Virus record (IMG/VR): IMGVR_UViG_3300020579_000006
Location: 30,865-94,864 of that record
Reading direction: 5' to 3' (one strand)
Length of the DNA: 64,000 bases
From: a virus
The position numbers were made by a program, and so were the translations under genes. The first letter of the stretch is position 1. Each line of letters starts with the position of its first letter. Below the pieces are notes generated by a model. It did no database searches, was not told the origin of the DNA, and saw only the letters and a program-made list of their open reading frames with translations. This document shows positions 26,055 through 35,796 of this stretch, piece after piece.

Positions 26055-26732
26055 ATGCATGAAGTATTACCCGTTCCAACAGAAGTGTTGGACCAACGCA
26101 ACACCCGTCTTCATTGGAAGGAATGTTGCAGTTGTTTTAATGTAAAACCATTCGGCCAGTTTAGAACTGATTCCAGCTTCCGTGAGGGAGTAAGGGACCA
26201 GTGCTACGAATGCGAGTCTACCCCTCGATTATCCACAATTGAACACACTCACAGGCTTCGGGAGAACACGTACTCTTCTGAAGCCGTGCGTGCTCAAAGA
26301 TGGGGTAAGGACCAACTCGACTGTATAGACGAAGAAGCCCGTCAAGGTAGATATAGGTATTCGTCTGAAATATACGGGTTTTTGAAAGATGAAATTCCTA
26401 GTCTATACTTTACAGATGGCAATTTTATCGGCGATGTGTCCATTTACCGGACATATGGCTGCCCGCAACCGCAACTAGAAGGTAGAACATTCCAGTACCT
26501 TTTTTACATGCCTTTAGGCTGGATGCGTGAATACTCTATTTACGAGTTTGACCATAGGGATGTACCGGTCAGGGAAAAAGAGCGAGGTTGGAGAACCGTT
26601 TTATTGCGGTTTATAAAAACCCGATTACTGAGTGAATCACGAGTTAATAATACTTTTGGAGAACCTTACGGACCCGGTTCTATACACTACCAGAGACAAC
26701 TTTGGCGGTGGAGAAACAATAAGTCCGATTAA
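26055..26732 (+). CDS. hypothetical protein with N-terminal CxxC..CxxC zinc finger
   Basis: CCSC...QCYEC. Confidence 0.6.
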   Translation: MHEVLPVPTEVLDQRNTRLHWKECCSCFNVKPFGQFRTDSSFREGVRDQCYECESTPRLSTIEHTHRLRENTYSSEAVRAQRWGKDQLDCIDEEARQGRYRYSSEIYGFLKDEIPSLYFTDGNFIGDVSIYRTYGCPQPQLEGRTFQYLFYMPLGWMREYSIYEFDHRDVPVREKERGWRTVLLRFIKTRLLSESRVNNTFGEPYGPGSIHYQRQLWRWRNNKSD

Positions 26733-26769
26733 ATCCCGCGCCATTCGGATTAATGGCAGGAGAATGAAC

Positions 26770-27300
26770 ATGTTTGAAAATGAAGAATCAGAAGTAAAGG
26801 GAGTACTAGGCGGAAAACCCGCGCCTAAGAACTCCAAAGTAGAAATGTCTTTAGGCGAACTCGAAGGTCTGATTAGTAAGATTACCGAACAGTCGGATAA
26901 GAAACTGGAAGTTTTCGCCAAGATGCTTTCAGAAGCTTTACTTGAGTCGCGGAAACCTTACGTTTCTGAAGCTCAGAAGCAAAACGAATCGAGCATGCGC
27001 GAGTCCATGAAGACTCAGCGTGAACGGATTATGGCGGATATTCGCGCCAGCCAGGACGTTTGCCCGCATCTTCAAGGTTCTAATGCTCTTAGTGAGATGT
27101 CTGGTCAGTTAACTTCGATTATTCATCACAGGTTGGATACCGGTCAAGTTATAGGTATTTGTACTAACTGCCAGCGTTTGTTTAGACCCGGCGACCCGGA
27201 TTATCTACAGCAGATGAAGCGTAAGAGTGGAAACAAGATTTCCTCTGCTGGAGTCCGGTTTTTCCTTGACCCCCGAGCAGTAGCCGCAGCGGGTATCTAA
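26770..27300 (+). CDS. hypothetical coiled-coil protein with C-terminal Zn-binding motif
   Basis: SD AGGAG; CPH...CTNC; GVLGGK near N-terminus. Confidence 0.6.
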   Translation: MFENEESEVKGVLGGKPAPKNSKVEMSLGELEGLISKITEQSDKKLEVFAKMLSEALLESRKPYVSEAQKQNESSMRESMKTQRERIMADIRASQDVCPHLQGSNALSEMSGQLTSIIHHRLDTGQVIGICTNCQRLFRPGDPDYLQQMKRKSGNKISSAGVRFFLDPRAVAAAGI

Positions 27301-27317
27301 AGTCCGGAAACTGAACA

Positions 27318-28049
27318 ATGTTTAAAATATATCTGGTTCATAATCTGGTTAACGGTAAAGTTTATATAGGTAAGACTTCTCTAACTATTGCCGAACGTTG
27401 GGCAGAACATTTAAAAAGAGTGAAGAATGGTTCGAGTTTTTACTTCCACAACGCTATCCGAAAACATGGGCCAGATATGTTTAAACTTAGAGAAATCGAC
27501 CTGTTAGAAACCGAAGATTCAGCTAACAAGCGCGAAATTTACTGGATAACGGAGATTTTTAAATCCCATTGTCCGGAAAATGGATACAATCTTACTCTCG
27601 GTGGAGATGGAGTTAGCCCCAACGAAAACACCAAAAACAAAATTCGTAACTCCAAAAAAGGTCATAAATCTTATAACTACATTCACAACATGACCGAAGA
27701 AACTCTTAGAGAGTTATTTGATAAACAAAACTTAAATATCACTCAGATATCCGAAATATTTGGTTGCGCGATTTCCACTGTTTGGTCTAGATTAAAACTT
27801 TTGGGTTTAGATACACATAAAAACACTTATACTAGAAAAAGAACGTTTCCCGGAAGAGTGCTGTCTGAAGAACATAAAACAAAATTGAGTGCGGCTTTTA
27901 AAGGCGAAAAACACCCTTTTTTTGGTAAACATCATTCTGAAGAAGCTAAACAAAAAATGCGAGTCGCTAAACTAGGAAAACATCTATCGGAAGAACATAA
28001 AAAACATATAGGTGAATCTCTATTACAGAGAGCAAATGCCGTCAACTAA
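27318..28049 (+). CDS. GIY-YIG homing endonuclease with HTH and NUMOD3
   Basis: MFKIYLVHN...KVYIGKT, GYNLTLGG, HSEEAKQKM. Confidence 0.85.
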   Translation: MFKIYLVHNLVNGKVYIGKTSLTIAERWAEHLKRVKNGSSFYFHNAIRKHGPDMFKLREIDLLETEDSANKREIYWITEIFKSHCPENGYNLTLGGDGVSPNENTKNKIRNSKKGHKSYNYIHNMTEETLRELFDKQNLNITQISEIFGCAISTVWSRLKLLGLDTHKNTYTRKRTFPGRVLSEEHKTKLSAAFKGEKHPFFGKHHSEEAKQKMRVAKLGKHLSEEHKKHIGESLLQRANAVN

Positions 28050-28761
28050 TACTTTACTAAGAGCTGTGAATTTAAGTTCGGCATTTTGCAACTTGAGACC
28101 GCTAACCGGAATAGGCGGGTTCATTGACGAACCGGCGTTCTCTATAGGAGATTGGTGTCGCCAATTTATTTTAGGCCCGCCGTTCTCTTGGAGATGGAAT
28201 CGTACTTTTGTTCAGTTTGCTCTATCTCCTGGGGTACAAGACTATCCGCAGAATCTCCCACTATTTGGCTGGATGGAAAAAACCACTATTTTTGATAGCA
28301 CAGTGAATCCGAGTGTTACTAAAGAATTAAACGTAAAGCTGAATTTAGGAGAAAGTTCCGTCATTGAATCTCCGGTAGAAGTTTCTCCTCGACTAGATGA
28401 TGATAATGGAAATATAACGTTCCGTTTCATGCCGGTACCCGATAAAGCGTACACAGCGGTAGTTACCTATCAGATGGCCGCTCCTATATTTAAAAGTATT
28501 AACGATACTTGGGCACCTATTCCGGACTATCTTTCGTATCTTACTAACCAAGGATTCCTAGCTAAATCTTACGAGTTCATTAATGATGAACGTTGGGGTC
28601 CAGCTATGCAGTTATTTGTCCGTCAAGTCATAGCGGCTAATCAAGGTCTTTCAGATTCTGAGGTTAATATCTTTCTAGGCGAGAGACTCGATAGCGCTCG
28701 CCAACAGCAAAACGTACTTGGTAATAATCAATCTGCCCGACAGGGTAGAGGAGCCTTCTAA
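28036..28761 (+). CDS. putative head-tail adaptor (tail tubular A-like), paralog 1
   Basis: Position; WRWNR, GVQDY, FRFMPVPDKAY pattern of podovirus adaptors. Confidence 0.6.
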   Translation: MPSTNTLLRAVNLSSAFCNLRPLTGIGGFIDEPAFSIGDWCRQFILGPPFSWRWNRTFVQFALSPGVQDYPQNLPLFGWMEKTTIFDSTVNPSVTKELNVKLNLGESSVIESPVEVSPRLDDDNGNITFRFMPVPDKAYTAVVTYQMAAPIFKSINDTWAPIPDYLSYLTNQGFLAKSYEFINDERWGPAMQLFVRQVIAANQGLSDSEVNIFLGERLDSARQQQNVLGNNQSARQGRGAF

Positions 28762-30041
28762 TCGCTACTACTATAAATCTTCAGCAAATAATTACAAGTG
28801 CTCGCGCTTATCCTGAATTAACAGTAGTATTGGGTACAAGCGGTTGGGAACGGGAACCCGCATTAACTATCGCTAATGATGTAATGCAGCGGTTTCTAAG
28901 CAATCAACTCGACTGGAAATTTAACCGGTCGAACGTACCGCCTTTTCTGACCGTAGCTCTCCAACAAGATTACGTAATGAATGTAGTAGACCTTTCGTGG
29001 TTAGAACAAATGTGGCGGGTTGATATTAATAATAATCAAAACCCACAAGGTCCTAAACCGATTTTTGCTATGGAAGCGGTCAGAGATTTACAGCAGACGG
29101 CTTATCAGGCTACTCCTTTTAATTGTTCGTGGGTACCTAATTACTTGGCCGTCATGGGTGTATGGCAAGCTAATACACTTTATCAATCCGGATATGGACA
29201 GGCGCAAACCCCTGCTTCGCCACTTCAGCAGTTTAGAGATGTTAACGGAAACATACTTTTTATAGACAGCGGTTCACTCGGCTTAAATATTAGCAGTCCC
29301 GGCGTATCCGGTAGCGGAGGTTCTGTACCTCTACCCCCTGGAAACCCGTATGGTATTAGTGGGTCTATCCAACCATCTCTCCCGCCTAATTCGTGGGCAG
29401 CTATAAGTTCCGTGTCTATTTCCGGTAACATAGCTACATACATCGCTAATAACAATTTCATAGCCGGACAAAGCGTTACAGTTAATGGTATTCGTGGAAA
29501 CGGTTCGGTTTTTAATGTTATTAACCAACCTATTACTAGTGCTACTCCTACTCAATTTCAAGTAGCTATCAATAATGGCAACATGACATTACCCTCTGTT
29601 TCTGAAACCGCTAGTGCAGGTCTAAACGTAATCGACGGCACTGTTCGTTGGACTGTTGCTAACCCTAATGGAGTAGCAATGCGAGTAGCACCTTTACCAG
29701 CGTTTTCCGGCATTACTTGGCTGTTATTTCCAGTTTATCAGCGCAAACCGCCCATACTTACTTCTCTACAACAACTGATATCCCCTATTCCGGATGAATA
29801 TGGATATCTTTTTCGTCAGGGGTTTATCGCACTTTGTAAAGAGAACGCAGGGTCTAAAGACTCGCGAGATGCTTATTTAAAATGGGAAGAAATGATTATG
29901 AACGCTCTGCGGTCAGGAGACCGGGAACGCGAGCAAGCGAGTTTCTATCCGACCGAAGGTTTAGTTAGTGGTAGTAGTGGTGGTTATTACCAAGGCATAC
30001 CCATCGGGCCGGGTTTCCCATATAGTCCTTATCCTTTCTAA
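28761..30041 (+). CDS. putative head-tail adaptor paralog 2 with inserted beta domain; AUC start
   Basis: SD AGAGGAG 7 nt before ATC 28761; gap-free N-terminal alignment with paralog 1. Confidence 0.65.
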   Translation: MATTINLQQIITSARAYPELTVVLGTSGWEREPALTIANDVMQRFLSNQLDWKFNRSNVPPFLTVALQQDYVMNVVDLSWLEQMWRVDINNNQNPQGPKPIFAMEAVRDLQQTAYQATPFNCSWVPNYLAVMGVWQANTLYQSGYGQAQTPASPLQQFRDVNGNILFIDSGSLGLNISSPGVSGSGGSVPLPPGNPYGISGSIQPSLPPNSWAAISSVSISGNIATYIANNNFIAGQSVTVNGIRGNGSVFNVINQPITSATPTQFQVAINNGNMTLPSVSETASAGLNVIDGTVRWTVANPNGVAMRVAPLPAFSGITWLLFPVYQRKPPILTSLQQLISPIPDEYGYLFRQGFIALCKENAGSKDSRDAYLKWEEMIMNALRSGDREREQASFYPTEGLVSGSSGGYYQGIPIGPGFPYSPYPF

Positions 30042-30072
30042 CCCTTTTATTTTCAGTAACTTACAGACAAAA

Positions 30073-30726
30073 ATGAACCGTATAGAAAAAGAAAAACAAA
30101 TAATCTCAAATCTGAAGTTTTGTATTAGTTGTGAAATTTCTAAACCCATCAATATGTTTAGTATTAATAATACTACTTGGGATAGCGTTCTCTATCAATG
30201 TAAACAATGCCGAAGAGAATATGAACGGTCAAAATGGGTGATGAGCGATAAAACTAAAAAGTTTAGACTAAACCAAGAAATGCAAGTTATGCTGGGAATG
30301 AAAACTTGTACTTGTTGCGGACAACCAAAACCTTTGAATATGTTTCATAATAACAGGGATAAATGGGATGGATTAGTAGATGCTTGTAAACCCTGTAACA
30401 GATTAAAAGTTAACAAGTGGCGCAAGGATTTTCCTGAAAAAGCTAAAAACGCAGATATCAAAAAGAACTACGGTATTACACTATCTGACAAACTTAACAT
30501 GCTCGAATCTCAAGGTCGAGTTTGTGCCGCCTGTGGCACCGACCAACCCGGTGGTAAATACAACGAGTGGCATATAGACCATAATCACGCTACAGGAAAA
30601 GTAAGAGAACTTCTTTGCGCCGACTGCAATATGGCTCTCGGGGTTGTAAGAGAAAGCATCCCTCGTTTAGAAGGACTTGTCCGGTATATGAACAAACACA
30701 CTCAAGCGGCGGTGGTTTATTCCTAA
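30073..30726 (+). CDS. endonuclease VII-type HNH homing endonuclease
   Basis: YGIT...QGRVCAAC...IDHNHATGKVRELLCADCN; N-terminal Zn fingers. Confidence 0.85.
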   Translation: MNRIEKEKQIISNLKFCISCEISKPINMFSINNTTWDSVLYQCKQCRREYERSKWVMSDKTKKFRLNQEMQVMLGMKTCTCCGQPKPLNMFHNNRDKWDGLVDACKPCNRLKVNKWRKDFPEKAKNADIKKNYGITLSDKLNMLESQGRVCAACGTDQPGGKYNEWHIDHNHATGKVRELLCADCNMALGVVRESIPRLEGLVRYMNKHTQAAVVYS

Positions 30727-31801
30727 GACCATAAGCGGAAATTTTCAGTTCCCAGACGGCACTCCAGCCGCCAATGCTATCTTGTATCTAAAATTATCTC
30801 AAGATGCTATAGCTACGGGTATTAGTCAAATAGCCCCTCGGGTTTTAGCGATTGGTCTAAATTCTCTTGGACAAATTCCTGCTGGTACTACTATCTATGC
30901 TAATGACGAATTGACGCCTAGTGGTACGGTTTACATAGCGTCAGTCATAGCTCCGGGTGGAGGTTTAGTCTATGGACCCGAACTTCTTGCTCTTATTGGC
31001 ACATCTCCCATTAATTTGAACAGTTTAATCCCAACCAATGTTGGAGGAATAGTGATTAGTTTTCCAAGTCCGGTTTTACAGAATCCATCGGCTCCGCAGA
31101 CAATTACTGGTCAGTCTCTGACCTTAACTAACACTGCACCACTTTTTGTAAACAGTGCTCTTACTTTCGCCAATCTTATTTCTAATTCTCCGAGTCCTGC
31201 TCAGTCTGGAAATATTCGCCTAGCTAGTGCAGACGCTATTAGCTGGAGAAATATTGGCGGTACCGGAGACTTAAGTCTCAGTAAAAATAATTTAGACCAG
31301 TTAGTATGGCCTACTGGATTTATAATCGCTAACACCATTATTAATAGCGGCGGCATAATAAGCAATTACGCAGGTGTAAATACTGTAGCAAACGGGGTAC
31401 CGAGCGAGGTAGCTGCCGTAAATCTGACTGCTCAAACTGCCGCTATTGCTACTACTACTTTATTTTTTTTAACCCCTTTATTTGTAGCTTCTGGTCAATA
31501 CCGACTATCCTGGAACGCCAAGGTAACAACCGCCGCAGGCACTAGTTCTACTCTCGGCGCGTTAACTATAGTATACACAGACCCCGATGGAGTAGTACAA
31601 ACCATTACGGCGGCTGCCCTGTCTCACGCAGGAGCAGTAGAAACAACGGATACCGGTAACTCGACTACTACAGTTTTACTCGGCATTCCTATACTAATGA
31701 ACTGTAAGGTTAGTACTTCAATAACATATGCTTTCGCGTACGCTAGTAACGCCGCCGCAGCGATGAACTATAATCTAAATCTTCTCTTAGAGAGAATCTA
31801 A
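30719..31801 (+). CDS. putative tail fibre protein; AUU start
   Basis: GGCGGTGG SD-like then ATT-CCT-AAG giving MPKTISGNFQFPDGTPAANAILYLKL; C-terminal domain resembles that of the 2316 protein. Confidence 0.6.
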   Translation: MPKTISGNFQFPDGTPAANAILYLKLSQDAIATGISQIAPRVLAIGLNSLGQIPAGTTIYANDELTPSGTVYIASVIAPGGGLVYGPELLALIGTSPINLNSLIPTNVGGIVISFPSPVLQNPSAPQTITGQSLTLTNTAPLFVNSALTFANLISNSPSPAQSGNIRLASADAISWRNIGGTGDLSLSKNNLDQLVWPTGFIIANTIINSGGIISNYAGVNTVANGVPSEVAAVNLTAQTAAIATTTLFFLTPLFVASGQYRLSWNAKVTTAAGTSSTLGALTIVYTDPDGVVQTITAAALSHAGAVETTDTGNSTTTVLLGIPILMNCKVSTSITYAFAYASNAAAAMNYNLNLLLERI

Positions 31802-34395
31802 TCTCGGACCCTGCCATTTTACAATTAGAAGGGTCACAGCCTAAAACGGCTGTGCGTTTCGTACCGCTATCTTTACAGAAGTTTTTTACTGGTTTATGGA
31901 CCCAACGCTCTCCTTTTAATTCGCCAGACAATCGCTATAATACCCGGTTTCTTGGCGGTCGGCCAGAACTTTTGACCGACGGATTGAACGTAGAGATTAC
32001 TAACTACGGTACTATAATCCGCCGTCCGGGAACTGTACAATATTCTACTGCGGTTTTATCGTCTAAAGGTCTTGCTTTTTATTCATTTCACGACTTAACC
32101 GGCGCTATCCGAGTTATGGCAGATACAGTTTTAGATGTCTCAGTTTTAACTTCTACTAGTGACACGGTTATTTTTACTAAGACGGCTGGTTCAGGTCAAA
32201 CAGATTTTATAGGAGTTGGCAACACACTTTTTTTTGGTGATGGTATAGACCTTCAGGCATACCAGCCAAACAATAACCCGGCGGCAACCCGTAACTGGGG
32301 AATAGCTATTGGTTCCATGAATGATGCGGTTGGGCCAACTATTGCTGGTACTGGTACTAACGTCACAAGAACCGGGTTTGCTACTAACTGGACTAATCCA
32401 AACAATGTTACTGCTACAGATACTGTAAATTTTGCAGTAGGAACTGCAAACACTAATTACTTATTTGCTAGTAATTTCGGGTTTTCTATACCTTTTACAA
32501 GTGTTATTAATGGTATACAAGTTAGTTTTTCAGGGTTTAGAGGCTCAACAAACGCAGGTCTTCCTATAGATGTACAGTTAGTAAAAAATGGTAGCCCTGT
32601 AGGAACAATAAAAAACACAAGACTTAACCCTACCCAAAGTACTTACACTTTAGGAGGTACTTCTGATTTATGGGGCACTACTTGGTCTCCTAATGACATC
32701 AGTCAGAGTACTTGGGGGGTTTATTTTTTCATTCCCGGTTCTGCTCTTTTAAGCGCTAACATAAATAATGTTCAGGTAACTATATTCGGCACCGGCGGGC
32801 CTACCGTAGTTCTGCAAACAGGAAACGGTACTCTTGATACCTTTAACGGCGGTTGGGAATATGTAATAGCCTACGGGAATTCAGTTTCCGGACATATCTC
32901 GAATCCAACTTCAGCTTCTGCATCAACAGGTAATTTTGGTGGTCAGGGCTTTGTAAATACTTCGGGTACAGCGGTTACACTGGTTTCAGGTGCGAATTTT
33001 ATACAGGGTTCTACTTGGAACGGTCGTACTATAGTTATTAACGGTACTAATTTTACCGTTTCTGCTGTTACTGGTCCAACTACTCTAACATTAACCACAT
33101 CTGCCGGTACTTTGACGGACGTAACTTATTTAGTTGGTTATGCGGGCGTACAAGTAGATTTAGTAGCTAGTACCGACCCGCAAGTAAATCAGATTCACGT
33201 ATATAGAACCAAAGACGGTGGTAGTGTATTCTATGAGTTGCCGACATCTCCTTACCCGAACACTACCCAAAATATTATAGATACTTCTACAGATGCCGGG
33301 CTACAGCAACTTATATTCTGGCCATTTGTTCCCACGCTTTCTAATACTCCTCCTCCTGCCGGTTTAGTACATTACGTTTATCATCTTGGGAGAATCTGGG
33401 GAGTAGTAGGTAATTTCGTTTATTACTCCGCCGGTCCTGACGTTCTACTAGGCAGCGGTAACGAATCGTTTCCACCAGCTAATAGTTTTCTGTTTCCTTC
33501 CACTGTAGTACGACTAGTACCCATATCCAGTGGTTTATTGGTTTTTACTACAGATGATACTTATATTATCCTTGGTACTAACACAGCTACTTTCTATGCT
33601 ATGCCGTTTCAACTCGGATTAGGTATATTAGGTTATAACGCTTTAGATGTACAAGGTAGTAATATTTTCCTTTACACATCTGACCGTCAGTTTATACAAA
33701 TGACTTCGGCGGGCATTAACCAAATAGGTTATGCTATTGGAGATACCCTCCAGGCTCAATTCGACCCAACCACCGATATCCACGTAGCTTCGTTAATTCA
33801 AGGCACTTTCGACCAAGCGGTTTTTATTGGCGATGCCGTCGGTAGTTGGTATCGTTGCAATTGGAATCAACCGCCCGAAGGCGGTCCTGCATTTAGTCCT
33901 AAAGCACTTATCACAAATGGGTTTACACATTTTCAACAAGTAGAAACATCTCCGGGTTTTCACCAACTTTTAATGTTTCAGAACTTAGGTGCTCAATCTA
34001 TAGTTCTTTATCGAGACCCCAATACTTTTACCGATAACGGCACTTCTTACGGAGCTTTCCTGACTGTTGGTTCTATAGTTTTAGCTCAACCCGGCCAACT
34101 AGCCGAAGTAGTTAGCATTACTACTGAGTTACAACAACGTGGTACCCAACCCGCAGTTTCGGTACTGTTAGAAGAAATAGCAGGTAACTTTGAAGTCCTT
34201 CCAAACGGAGTACCTGACCCTCCTGGGTTAGTACCTAGTAACAGTGTTCTTGCTCAAAGATTTTATCTTACTCAATCCCAAAATACCGTAGACTGTCGTC
34301 ACCTACAAATTAAACTACAATTTATTCCTGAACCGTTTAAAAACGAATTGCTTACCCTAAGTATTTGGGGAGCATTAAAATATACTGGCGGTTAA
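31801..34395 (+). CDS. putative tail nozzle/tubular B-like protein; probable AUC start
   Basis: LTDGLNVEI...RRPG N-terminal motif, propeller-like C-half; frame open to ATC overlapping upstream TAA. Confidence 0.65.
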   Translation: MSDPAILQLEGSQPKTAVRFVPLSLQKFFTGLWTQRSPFNSPDNRYNTRFLGGRPELLTDGLNVEITNYGTIIRRPGTVQYSTAVLSSKGLAFYSFHDLTGAIRVMADTVLDVSVLTSTSDTVIFTKTAGSGQTDFIGVGNTLFFGDGIDLQAYQPNNNPAATRNWGIAIGSMNDAVGPTIAGTGTNVTRTGFATNWTNPNNVTATDTVNFAVGTANTNYLFASNFGFSIPFTSVINGIQVSFSGFRGSTNAGLPIDVQLVKNGSPVGTIKNTRLNPTQSTYTLGGTSDLWGTTWSPNDISQSTWGVYFFIPGSALLSANINNVQVTIFGTGGPTVVLQTGNGTLDTFNGGWEYVIAYGNSVSGHISNPTSASASTGNFGGQGFVNTSGTAVTLVSGANFIQGSTWNGRTIVINGTNFTVSAVTGPTTLTLTTSAGTLTDVTYLVGYAGVQVDLVASTDPQVNQIHVYRTKDGGSVFYELPTSPYPNTTQNIIDTSTDAGLQQLIFWPFVPTLSNTPPPAGLVHYVYHLGRIWGVVGNFVYYSAGPDVLLGSGNESFPPANSFLFPSTVVRLVPISSGLLVFTTDDTYIILGTNTATFYAMPFQLGLGILGYNALDVQGSNIFLYTSDRQFIQMTSAGINQIGYAIGDTLQAQFDPTTDIHVASLIQGTFDQAVFIGDAVGSWYRCNWNQPPEGGPAFSPKALITNGFTHFQQVETSPGFHQLLMFQNLGAQSIVLYRDPNTFTDNGTSYGAFLTVGSIVLAQPGQLAEVVSITTELQQRGTQPAVSVLLEEIAGNFEVLPNGVPDPPGLVPSNSVLAQRFYLTQSQNTVDCRHLQIKLQFIPEPFKNELLTLSIWGALKYTGG

Positions 34396-34396
34396 A

Positions 34397-34961
34397 ATGC
34401 CTCTGATAAATGAACGTATCTCAAATCCGGAAAACGACCTAAACTATAACCACCCTATTCCAGTTAACCATCCGGGTCCTGTGGGCTCTGGACCTATAAA
34501 CTCCCTTTCTCCTGACGGCAACCCCGCGCCAAATCGAGGGATATTTCCAATAGAAAATATGTACGACGAGCAAATCTACCGGTTTTTTCCGGCTACCCCG
34601 TATTTTGTCCGGGCCAACGTAGACGTTAATTTATCAGTACGAAATCTAGCACTCCAAGCATACGTCCGCTCTGGCGGTACTATAAACTAAGGTATTTATG
34701 AATGGCGATATTTTAGAACTAGCAAGGCTAATAAACGAGTCTGAAAGAAAGGTTTCAGATAACATCCGAAGTCTAGTAGGTGAAGTAGGAGAGTTAAGAG
34801 GTACGGTTACTACAGGTTTACAAAGTACTAACCAGCGAGTTTCAGACCTAGAAGAAATTAACGACAGAGAAGAAACCCGTCATTGGGTTAAGATTAGCGT
34901 AGTAATACCAGTAATGCTCGCTATACATAAAGCTTTAACTGCTTTAGGATTTAAGATTTAG
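34397..34961 (+). CDS. two small proteins (34397-34690; 34698-34961, coiled coil plus C-terminal TM)
   Basis: ORF track and composition. Confidence 0.5.
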
Positions 34962-34972
34962 GAGGTTAGGTA

Positions 34973-35335
34973 GTGGCTAGAATACCGCACAATAAAAAGT
35001 GGGCAACCAGAAAAGAAGCAAAAGCATATAAAGATAGAAGATACTACTTAAATAACTATGCTAAGATTAAAAATAAGACTTTACTTAAAACATATGGTAT
35101 AACGTTAGAACAATATGAACTTTTATTAAAAAAGCAAAACAACCGTTGTGCCATATGTGATAAACCCGGAGAAGAAAGTAGACACGGAAAACTGTATGTG
35201 GACCATTGCCATACTACTAAAGTGGTCAGAGGTCTCTTATGTGACCAATGTAATTTTGCTATCGGATTACTAAAAGATAGTCCCGTCTTATTCATGAAAA
35301 CTGCCAATTATTTGCTCTCAGGAGAAATAAAGTGA
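34973..35335 (+). CDS. endonuclease VII-type HNH endonuclease
   Basis: YGITLEQY...CAIC...VDHCHTTKVVRGLLCDQCN. Confidence 0.85.
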   Translation: MARIPHNKKWATRKEAKAYKDRRYYLNNYAKIKNKTLLKTYGITLEQYELLLKKQNNRCAICDKPGEESRHGKLYVDHCHTTKVVRGLLCDQCNFAIGLLKDSPVLFMKTANYLLSGEIK

Positions 35336-35796
35336 AAAACCACGTTTTTGTTCGGCCAGCACGGATAGAAGATAAAGAGTTGTTCGTAAACTGGACAATC
35401 GGAACTAAATATAACTTATTTGATTCAAAAGTAATTACATACCCCTCTACATATATTCGTTGCGCGTTCAATAAAAAAGGACCTATTATATTCTTGCCCG
35501 TCCAACGGCCATTAATGATGGAAGCTTTAGCTATAAATCCGGATGCTGACAAAATTGATGTAGCAGTAGCCCTAAAAGAACTAACCCAAGATACTGTCAG
35601 TCAAGCGTATGCGAATGGGTCTGGCGAGATTTATTTCCTCTGTCAAGAGGAATCTACAGAAAAGTTTGCAGAACACAACGGGTTTGAACGACTCCCGTAT
35701 TCAGTATTTCGTATGAAGCTGTCTGACCTTGAGAGAAAAGATGAAAAAACCCTACCAGCTAGTGTGGAAAAGCCCGCAACCCTTGATGAAGGGTAG
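35332..35796 (+). CDS. GNAT-like protein of the podovirus tail/ejection module
   Basis: VRPA..ED N-terminus, FAEHNGFERL C-terminus, conserved position. Confidence 0.45.
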   Translation: MKNHVFVRPARIEDKELFVNWTIGTKYNLFDSKVITYPSTYIRCAFNKKGPIIFLPVQRPLMMEALAINPDADKIDVAVALKELTQDTVSQAYANGSGEIYFLCQEESTEKFAEHNGFERLPYSVFRMKLSDLERKDEKTLPASVEKPATLDEG

